A stretch of 64,000 bases of DNA from an uncultured Clostridia bacterium. GTDB taxonomy: Bacteria > Bacillota > Clostridia > Christensenellales > CAG-917. A program made the position numbers and the translations under genes. The notes under the pieces were generated by a model, which worked only from the letters and a program-made list of their open reading frames with translations, did not search any database and was not told the origin of the DNA. The stretch's first letter is position 1; every line of letters begins with the position of its first letter. Shown piece after piece: positions 16,610 to 25,718 of this stretch. The stretch is taken from the NCBI GenBank assembly GCA_947625225.1, contig CANQNQ010000001.1, forward strand, positions 225,900 to 289,899. The letters run 5' to 3'.

Positions 16610-17332
16610 ATGAGAATAGGTATTGTCACTGCAATGGCGTCCGAAACTTTGCCCATCTACCAAAAGCTGGGCAACGTCACAGCGCAAAGCACCATATCGG
16701 GCGTTTATATACGCAAGATCGAGATAGACGGCAACACCGTCTACCTCGCCACTTCCGGCGTGGGCGAGATACGCGCCGCCCTCGCGGCGCAGCTGCTGAA
16801 GGATCTGTTTGACGTGGAGGCGATGCTCAACTTCGGCTTCGTCGGCGCGCTGGATCCCGCGCTGCGCGTGGGCGAGTTGGTGCTGGTGGACAGGGTGTGC
16901 CACTACCAATTCGACACCTCCGCGATAGACGGCACAATGCCAGGACAATACCCCGAATGCAACGACCGCTTCTTCAGGCTGGACGGATCGCTGATAGACA
17001 GAGTCCTTGAGGCGGTGGGCAAGCCCATGCGCGTCGTGGCGGCGGCAAGCGGAGACGTGTTCGTCGCGGACGGCAAAACAAAACGCGTACTACATAAGGA
17101 CTTCGGCTGCGGCATCTGCGAGATGGAGCTGGCGGGACTTGCCATTGCATGCCAGCGCAATAGAATACCGCTTTTGTCTGTAAAAGTGGTGTCCGACAGA
17201 GCGGACGAGGGCGCAACGGAAAGTTTCTCGACCATTGTGGCAAAGGGGCTCAGCCGCTACGAAAGCCTGCTGCCCGACGTTTTGGCGGCAATAACGGGCA
17301 ACGTATCGCCCCTGCCTCCGATCAAGCCTTAA
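16610..17332 (+). CDS. MTA/SAH nucleosidase-like protein (PNP_UDP_1 family)
   Basis: The ATG at 16610 follows AGGAGG. MRIGIVTAMASE..., SGVGEIRAALAAQLL, GFVGAL, EMELAGLAIAC and VVSDRADE parallel E. coli Pfs (MKIGIIGAMEEE, SGIGKVAAA, EMEATAIAHV, ISDVAD). Confidence 0.75.
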   Translation: MRIGIVTAMASETLPIYQKLGNVTAQSTISGVYIRKIEIDGNTVYLATSGVGEIRAALAAQLLKDLFDVEAMLNFGFVGALDPALRVGELVLVDRVCHYQFDTSAIDGTMPGQYPECNDRFFRLDGSLIDRVLEAVGKPMRVVAAASGDVFVADGKTKRVLHKDFGCGICEMELAGLAIACQRNRIPLLSVKVVSDRADEGATESFSTIVAKGLSRYESLLPDVLAAITGNVSPLPPIKP

Positions 17333-17381
17333 AATCGCTCTCAGACGGTCGCGGGTTAAAAATAATAGAAAATACGCATTT

Positions 17382-17409
17382 GGCGAGGAGAATTACCCCT
17401 CGCCTTTTT
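17382..17409 (+). terminator. Rho-independent terminator
   Basis: GGCGAGG-9 nt loop-CCTCGCC followed by TTTTT. Confidence 0.6.
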
Positions 17410-17435
17410 GTTTGCCGCATTTCAAATAATTTTTC

Positions 17436-17465
17436 TTGACAAATGGGGAAAGCGAGGTATACAAT
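17436..17465 (+). promoter_or_regulatory. Candidate sigma-A promoter of the AbrB-like/ABC operon
   Basis: TTGACA (17436-17441), a 17-18 nt spacer, then TATACAAT. Confidence 0.45.
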
Positions 17466-17497
17466 GTAAGCAAAGTAAGAAAAGTAAGGCAAAAAGA

Positions 17498-17725
17498 ATG
17501 GATAAAGAACAAGATAAATTCATCTGGACGACCAAGCTGTCCGGCAAGGGGCAGATAGTCATACCCAAGCAGGCGCGCGAGGTGTTCGGCCTAAAGGACG
17601 GCGACACGCTGATACTGCTTGGAGACAAGAGCAAAGGCATTGCCATCGCAAAATACGACGACTATCTCAAGTTTGCCGAGGAGATATTCAAGCTCAAGGA
17701 CGGCGGAAATGATCAAAACGACTGA
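17498..17725 (+). CDS. AbrB/MazE/SpoVT-family DNA-binding protein (75 aa)
   Basis: KLSGKGQIVIPKQAREVFGLKDGDTLILLGD is a typical SpoVT-AbrB swapped-hairpin motif. The start is at MDKEQ. Confidence 0.75.
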   Translation: MDKEQDKFIWTTKLSGKGQIVIPKQAREVFGLKDGDTLILLGDKSKGIAIAKYDDYLKFAEEIFKLKDGGNDQND

Positions 17726-18422
17726 TCTGACCAAGCGCTACGGCAAGACTGCCGCGGTGGACGGCGCGTCGCTCAATATCCCCGACAAGGGCTGCTTTGC
17801 CCTGCTGGGACTCAACGGCGCCGGCAAGACCACACTGCTTGGCATGCTGTCCTCCTCCATACTGCCTACAAGCGGGAGCGCGACTATTGACGGCTTTGAT
17901 GTGGTAAAAGACGCAAAAGAGGTGCGCAAATTGATAAATATATCCCCGCAGGAGAGCGCTGTCGCAAAAAACCTCACCGTCCGCGAAAATCTCGAACTTG
18001 TTGCGGATATGTATTCCATAGTCGATAAAAATGAGCAAATAGACCGCCTTATCGACAGATTTAAGCTGTCGGACAAGCAAAACGAAAGGTGTAAAAAGCT
18101 CAGCGGCGGACAAATGCGCAGGGTAAGCATAGCGCTTGCGCTTATCACACAGCCGAGGATATTGTTTCTGGACGAGCCGACGCTGGGGCTGGACGTCAGG
18201 GCGCGCAGTACGCTTTGGGATATAATAGGCGAACTAAAAAGAGAGATGGCGGTCATCTTGACCACACACTACCTCGAAGAGGTAGAATTTTTGGCGGACG
18301 AGATCGCGATCATCAGCAAAGGCAGAATAAAAGCCGCCGGCAGCAGGGCGGATATTTGTTGCTTGGCGGGCTGCGAAAGCCTGGAAAAGGCATTTCTGTC
18401 CCTTACCGAGGAGGACGCATGA
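17709..18422 (+). CDS. ABC transporter ATP-binding protein
   Basis: [13 protein letters not shown]...[13 protein letters not shown] (Walker A), [15 protein letters not shown] (signature), ILFLDEPT (Walker B). The start overlaps the end of the AbrB-like gene. Confidence 0.9.
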   Translation: MIKTTDLTKRYGKTAAVDGASLNIPDKGCFALLGLNGAGKTTLLGMLSSSILPTSGSATIDGFDVVKDAKEVRKLINISPQESAVAKNLTVRENLELVADMYSIVDKNEQIDRLIDRFKLSDKQNERCKKLSGGQMRRVSIALALITQPRILFLDEPTLGLDVRARSTLWDIIGELKREMAVILTTHYLEEVEFLADEIAIISKGRIKAAGSRADICCLAGCESLEKAFLSLTEEDA

Positions 18423-19159
18423 GAGGCGTGTTGGCGCTTGCAAAGCGCAATTTGTTGGAAACCGTGAGAGCGCCGCTCAATTTGGCGTTTTATATCGTTT
18501 TGCCGCTTATAATGCTGGTTTTGATGTCGCTGCTGCTCAAAAACACACAATCGGCGCCTCCCAACTTCCAAATAGTCAATTTCGCAAGCGGAATATGCGT
18601 GTTTGGCTATACTTTTATAAGTCTTTTTGTCGGAATGCAGATCGCCGGCGACAAAAACTCGTCCTTTATGAATAGGATAAACATATCGCCCGTCAGTCGA
18701 GTCGGATATTATTTCAGCTATTTCATTTCTTCTCTGCCCATCGCGGCGGTGCAGACGGCGCTGTTCTTTGCGGTGGCGTTGATGTTGGGATACCCGTTCG
18801 GCGGCCGACTGTTTTTGAATGTGCTGTACCTTATCCCATCCGCGGTATTCTACATAGCGGTGGGCATTTTGGTGGGGTGCTTATGCGGAAGCGAAAAGCA
18901 AACCAGCCCGATTTCCACAATTTTTATATCGCTGACGGGTATTTTCGGCGGGATATTTATGCCGACAGAGCTGTTTAAGGGCGCGTTCGCCACGATCGTC
19001 GAGATTCTGCCATTCAGTCACTCGGTCGCGATCGGCAGCGAGATATATTCGCTGGGCGCAAGCTGCATCTACCCGCACATCCTCTATCTGATAGGTTACA
19101 CTCTGCTGATAGTGTCGGTGATAACTGTGATAGAGCTTGTGCGCAAATACAAGAAGTGA
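18419..19159 (+). CDS. ABC-2 type transporter permease
   Basis: ATGA overlap with the ATPase stop. 246 aa with about six hydrophobic segments, in the typical ABC-2 position downstream of the ATPase. Confidence 0.75.
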   Translation: MRGVLALAKRNLLETVRAPLNLAFYIVLPLIMLVLMSLLLKNTQSAPPNFQIVNFASGICVFGYTFISLFVGMQIAGDKNSSFMNRINISPVSRVGYYFSYFISSLPIAAVQTALFFAVALMLGYPFGGRLFLNVLYLIPSAVFYIAVGILVGCLCGSEKQTSPISTIFISLTGIFGGIFMPTELFKGAFATIVEILPFSHSVAIGSEIYSLGASCIYPHILYLIGYTLLIVSVITVIELVRKYKK

Positions 19160-19288
19160 AGAGGATTTCTGCGGGTAGAATCCCCTTTGTTGTCTGACAA
19201 GTTGGCGGTAGCACAAAGCCCTGTAAGGGCAATCAAAAAGAAAAGTGCTCTAAACGAAATCCGATGTGATGCGAATAAGATAATAAGG

Positions 19289-19325
19289 CGCCCGTTGTTT
19301 CACGCGAAACAGCGGGCGTTTTATG
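19289..19325 (+). terminator. 13-bp-stem hairpin plus T-run (terminator) that embeds a parS-like palindrome
   Basis: CGCCCGTTGTTTC-ACGC-GAAACAGCGGGCG then TTTTATGTT. The core TGTTTCACGCGAAACA (19296-19311) has 1 mismatch to the parS consensus TGTTNCACGTGAAACA. Confidence 0.6.
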
Positions 19326-19360
19326 TTATGAGGAAATGAGCTGACAGAAACTCGACCCTT

Positions 19361-19560
19361 GTTCATGAAGCTAACACCCCTGTGGCAGGTCACGCTCGGA
19401 ATAACCTTATCCCCGGATATGAGCCTGCGCCCCACAGATTTACTCCTGTTCGTGAAGCTACGCCCTCCGTGGTACACCATACTCAGAATGATCCTATCAC
19501 CGAATCTACTATTATTCATGAAGTAACGCCCGTGTGAACACGCCACTCGAGATTCCCAAC
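19361..19560 (+). repeat. Three imperfect tandem units (about 57-nt core; periods 87 and 66 nt)
   Basis: Cores begin TTCATGAAGCTAACACCCCTGTGG (19362), TTCGTGAAGCTACGCCCTCCGTGG (19449) and TTCATGAAGTAACGCCCGTGTGAA (19515). Each continues ..CTC(G/A)GAAT(A/G)A(C/T)CCTATC(C/A)CCG. Confidence 0.6.
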
Positions 19561-19899
19561 ATTAAATAAAATTTGCATTATGTTAATGGGCAGCCGTGCT
19601 GTCACCACGCGCAATCTCCATATAAACACGACGATGTCAATATTGCTTTGACATGGATTAACGTTTGAATCCACCCCCAACACCGCCGACGAGTCACACA
19701 ACCCGGCGCCCACAGAGATCTGCATTGTTTTATGTGGAACATTTCCGTTTTACATAAAATATACGCCAAAGTGACATTATTCCACAGCATAACCAACGCT
19801 GTTGCAATCAAATCCATCTGAAGACAGCATCTGAAATGGCAGCAATCACGTCCACGCTCGACGGATAACTGCAAGAAAGGGGAGCAGATGTTCCACAAA

Positions 19900-20370
19900 T
19901 CTCAATCCGGATAAAAGGAAGATCCATCACCCGTTCAACATTCTTTCTTTACCACTCAAGCCCGCGCAGCTTCACCGCTAGCCTCTTCTGCGCCATCACA
20001 CCCCCCTATCATCTTTCTTAACAATCATACTGGCGCCACTATTCCTGTATAGTCCGCAGTGGCGTTACTATTTCACCTCACCTGCCCATTGTCATCAGTC
20101 CCTTATCAATCACGCCAACGTCGCCTTTTCAATACCGTTTCTCATACATTGCTTCCCTTATTATCAACTTCTCAAACCATCATTATTTGACCAATCGTTC
20201 ATGCTCTAGATCCACGAGACGTCTCACTGAGCCGTTTCCCATTGTATCACCCCCCCCCCGCATCATCCTTGCCGTAAGCATATTTTTGAATAATCTCGCC
20301 TATTTTCCTATACTGTGCGCAAAGATAAGTAAAATATCCATATAACTGAAACGGCAATATACAACGCGCC
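19900..20370 (-). repeat. G-poor (plus strand) segment; probable inverted, degenerate copy of the purine-rich repeat at 21432 and 22156
   Basis: Its reverse complement is purine-rich. It shares collinear anchors with the right-hand units: GAAATAGTAA ... GTGGCGCC ... GGGGTGT(T)GA(GA)TG. Confidence 0.35.
20250..20259 (+). repeat. Homopolymeric C10 tract
   Basis: ATCACCCCCCCCCCGCATC. Confidence 0.9.
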
Positions 20371-20445
20371 TCAACTCATATAATAACATATAGCCGGCAG
20401 CTCAAAACAACTGCAAATATACAATAAAAAACAAAAAATTTTGAA

Positions 20446-20461
20446 TGTTCTACGTGAAACA
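20446..20461. promoter_or_regulatory. parS (ParB-binding centromere-like) site, 1 mismatch
   Basis: TGTTCTACGTGAAACA against the Firmicute consensus TGTTNCACGTGAAACA (position 6 is T instead of C). Confidence 0.7.
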
Positions 20462-20713
20462 TTCGACCACAAATGCCTACTATCAGGTGGAATTCTGGCA
20501 ATACACATTCCCGATCGGGAGTAACATGAAAGATGGTATGAGCGCGTAATGGCAATATGAATGTGTGCCGACTGGGTATGTGCCGCGGACGGGTAAAGCG
20601 GAAGATGTTTCACATAAACAACACGCCAAGCGCTGCTTTTGAGTGGTGAGAAACACAAACTTTTCAAAACGTGTTGCGAGGTGGATAAAATTGGCAAAAT
20701 AGCCATTTTTATA

Positions 20714-20729
20714 TGTTTCACGTGGAAAA
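20714..20729. promoter_or_regulatory. parS site, 1 mismatch
   Basis: TGTTTCACGTGGAAAA. The reverse complement TTTTCCACGTGAAACA differs from the consensus only at position 2. Confidence 0.7.
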
Positions 20730-20746
20730 TCGAGAAGTCTGCACTC

Positions 20747-20762
20747 CGTTTCACGTGGAACT
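20747..20762. promoter_or_regulatory. parS site, 2 mismatches (outermost positions)
   Basis: CGTTTCACGTGGAACT. The central 14 bp match the consensus. It lies 33 bp from the previous site. Confidence 0.65.
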
Positions 20763-20779
20763 GAAACTGCCGAAATGCT

Positions 20780-21380
20780 ACTGTTTAGTGGGGTTTTGGC
20801 CGCTCGCAAGGTTACATTGCGTTCTTTCACCCAAATTTTTTTCAGCGACCTTTCACCTAAATTTTTCCGACCAATTTTTGCATAAAATGTTTCGCAGAAA
20901 AATTGTGCTTTTTTATAGAAATGTTTCACGAATTGTAGCATTTCCTCATAAAATTGTCAAGCAATATGCGTTTTTATCTGGGAAAATGCTCATTTTTCTG
21001 TGAATTTTGCGAGATTTTCTGTGTTTTCCGTGCTTAAAATTGGTGTAGAGAAGTCAATTTTGTGCGACTGCAAAAACCGCATTTGCTTTCTCCATGAAAA
21101 ATTCAGTTCGTTTTTCAGAGATTTTGGCCTGAATTTGAGCGGATTTTGGTGATTATAACGGCAAAAATCACGTTTTTGATGAAAATTTTGCTGCAGGAAG
21201 AGAGCTTTTGGATTCACAGTCCCTTGAGATGGCTGATTTCCGGATTGTTCATGGGACGAAATGCTTCTTGTGCATGGGCGCAATTGTGCTTTGGCCTTGA
21301 AAAATCTTGGGCTGTTTCTTGTGCAAAAGAGCGATTTTGCTACAAAATAGTTTACAAATAAACCGTATTCTAAAAATATT
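20780..21380 (+). repeat. Array of short T-tracts (ATTTT/GTTTT/AATTTT), many spaced about one helical turn apart
   Basis: For example CATTTTTCTGTGAATTTTGCGAGATTTTCTGTGTTTTCCGTG (about 20990-21030). Judged by eye. Confidence 0.55.
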
Positions 21381-21431
21381 GAGAGAGAATATTGGGCGAG
21401 CAGGAAAACAAGAGCGTAAATTTGCGCAGCA

Positions 21432-21840
21432 AAATGATAGGAAGGGTGGAGATCGCGGATAAGATGGGAGGAAGAGTCGTTTGTCGAGAACAGAGATGCC
21501 GGTATGGGGAAAGTAAACTCGGCTTATGGATAGAAAATATTTCAAGGGGGTGGCGAGGGACAAAACATACGGAGGTATAGATAGGAGAGACGGGTCGGGG
21601 AATGAAGTAAGATGATTTCAAGAGGGACGAGGGGATCAAAAGAGTCGGTGGTGTCGGATGGGGGAGAGCGGGGCCACTAAACAGTGGGGAGATTGTGATG
21701 ATTTTTGAGTAGATTTTGGAGACATAAGAGAGGTGAACTGAGAGAAGTGGGGCATTTCAAGAGGGGAAGAGATAATTAAAATAATCAGTGGCGTCGGGCA
21801 TGGAAAAGGGTTGAAAACCCTAGTAAACAGTGGGTATAGA
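21432..21840 (+). repeat. Purine-rich degenerate repeat, copy 1 (about 410 bp)
   Basis: Aligns by eye along its length with 22156-22575. It starts AAATGATAGGAAGGGTGGAGATCGCGG against AAATGATAGGAGGAGCGGAGATCGTTG. There are three internal TTTCAAG(R)GGG sub-repeats at 21539, 21616 and 21755. Confidence 0.7.
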
Positions 21841-22155
21841 GGGACGTTGATTCGAAATAAAGGGAGGTGGACACCAGGAGAGAACGCCTAAAATTCTACT
21901 TTATGCTGAGCGTGAAATGGGAATTAAGTGCAGGGATTTTGGGACTGACCGGCAGGGGGCTTGAATGTAAAAGATTATAGGCGTCGAACGGGGAAATGCA
22001 AGCGGAAATGCGAGTATAATTATGGGGCAAAAGGATATGAACCTCATATATCACGGATTAGATCGGTGAAGGCGGCAGGGTGACCGAAGAGACAGGTTAA
22101 AAACTGCGGAAAATAACAGATGAGAACAAACGCGCAGATGGAAATGTCGGCAGTG

Positions 22156-22575
22156 AAATGATAGGAGGAGCGGAGATCGTTGTTAAGTTTGGCGGAGGAG
22201 TGGTTCATTGAGAACAGCTATGTTGGAATGGGGAAAGGCGACTGGGAGGTATGGATAGAGAATTTTCAAGGGGTGACGAAGGGCAAAATAAGTGGAGGCA
22301 TGGATAGGAGAGGCGGAGGCTAGCTAGGAAATAGTAAGGGATTTCAATGGGTGACGAGGGGATAAAAAGAATCGGTGGCGCCGGATAGGGGAGAGTGCGC
22401 AAAAAGCTACTAAATAATGGGGTGTTGAGATGACTTTGAGGAGACTTTGGAGACAGGAGAGAGGAGAGCTGGGAGAGGCAAAAGGGAGATGATTTCAAGA
22501 GGGTGAGGGAATTAAAGGGATCAGGGTGCCAGGCAGGGCATAAGGATAGAAAATCTAACTAAATAGTGGGGCTTT
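22156..22575 (+). repeat. Purine-rich degenerate repeat, copy 2 (about 420 bp; offset about 724 bp from copy 1)
   Basis: Sub-repeats at 22264, 22342 and 22493 have the same internal spacing as copy 1. Shared blocks: ..GAGGGGAT(n)AAAAGA(n)TCGGTGG(T/C)G(n)CGGAT(n)GGGGAGAG...CTAAA(n)A(n)TGGGG. Confidence 0.7.
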
Positions 22576-22799
22576 GTGGGAAAGTGTAGTGAATACTGTG
22601 TTTGTGAGCTAAAATGTTGGCGAAAAGCGAGTGGAAAGGGCAGAATGAACGGGGCAGGCAAATTGAGAGAGAAAACAGCCGATAATACAGTTGAAAAGAC
22701 AGAAAAGTGCATGCGGACAATGATAGGCTGTGATTTTGGCTCGTAAAGCGGGATTTGAGCGGGAATTGGGCGAAATGTGAGTAAACTCACGAGAAGAGG

Positions 22800-23560
22800 C
22801 CTCAAAACGGCTTAAAACGACTCTGAGAGGCTCAAAAGCCGTGTTGTGTGTAAAATGCGGCCGAGATGTAGCGAATAGAGGGGGAATCGGCGTAAAACTA
22901 GCCGACGACCGGTGCAAAGCCGCAAAATAAACAAATGCAGACCAAAATGAAGGCAAACGGCTGTCAAAAGCCGAAAATCCTCTAAACAGCCGTGATTGGC
23001 TGTAAAGAGCACAAATGGCGGCGGAAGGGGCAGGGTTTGCTGTAAACGGTCGCAAAAGCGAGCAAATAGCTTAAAGATCGCCAAAAATGGCGTAAGCAGC
23101 CGGCAAATGGGCTGAAATGCCCCAAATAGTGGCGAAAAGCCGTAAAAAGCCTTCGAATAGGCAAAAAAGCCGCAAAACAGCCAAAAAGAGGGCAGACAGA
23201 GGCAAAATCGTCCAAAATGGTGAAAATCGCTGTGGACAGAGGGGAAAGCGGCTAAAAGTCGCGTTTTGGGCTTAAATGGCAAAGAAAAGCCGAAAATGTG
23301 CCGAAAAGCCACCAAACAGCGGGGTTTTTGGCCAATCGGCCGCATATTTTGAAAAAGTTGCTAAAATGCGGGTAAGCGGGTAATTTTATGCAAAATGCCG
23401 CGCTGCGGCAGGCAAAATGTGCATAAATCAAATTGATATATGGGGTACAAAATGACTTGTGGGGTGCGGATTTTTGAATTAAGGCAAGAAAACCGCGATT
23501 TTGCATAAATGGGTTGTGGAAAAGTGGGCAAAATTGATATATGGGATACGAAAAGTGCTT
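22800..23560 (+). repeat. Array of helically phased A-tracts (GCnAAAA type) on the plus strand
   Basis: For example 23101-23240, CGGCAAATGGGCTGAAATGCCCCAAATAGTGGCGAAAAGCCGTAAAAAGCC...GGCAAAATCGTCCAAAATGGTGAAAATCG. A-runs start every 9-12 bp. There is also a pair of AAATTGATATATGGG(G/A)TAC repeats near 23430 and 23531. Confidence 0.65.
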
Positions 23561-23717
23561 TTAAGCGGCCGCTTTTTGCATTATGCATAAAACGGGTAAA
23601 ATGAATAAAAGCAGGCGCCGTAAAGGTCGATCTTGGGGCAAAATGGAGCAGCGCAAGCGCAATATTATAGTTGATCAGATCGCCGAAAAATATTTTGAAA
23701 TTTATTCGCGCGCGCGC

Positions 23718-23746
23718 TTGCAATATGTTTACAAATATGCTAAGAT
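23718..23746 (+). promoter_or_regulatory. Candidate sigma-A promoter of gyrBA
   Basis: TTGCAA (23718-23723), a 17-nt spacer, then TAAGAT (23741-23746). AAGGAGG RBS before the ATG at 23798. Confidence 0.55.
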
Positions 23747-23785
23747 ATTTTTAATATTTATAATGCTTATAAATTTACTTTGTAA

Positions 23786-25708
<1,923 letters not shown>

Positions 25709-25718
25709 GGGGGTAAAT

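Noticed and set aside
21432-22575. CRISPR array considered for the repeats here and for the 88-bp tandem units at 32408-32563
   Set aside because: The repeats are long (85-410 bp), highly diverged rather than identical, and irregularly spaced. No cas genes are present in the window.
19250-23723. Track ORFs inside the 4.6 kb block (19250-19546, 19602-19898, 20371-20754, 20483-20941, 20713-21003, 21249-21563, 22205-22498, 22609-23055, 22812-23345, 23361-23723 and others)
   Set aside because: There are no SD sequences. The ORFs overlap each other in different frames. Compositions are dominated by S/P/L/F/R as expected from translating purine- or pyrimidine-rich repeats, and paralogous repeat copies do not preserve the frames (for example the 21392-21580 frame hits a stop in copy 2).
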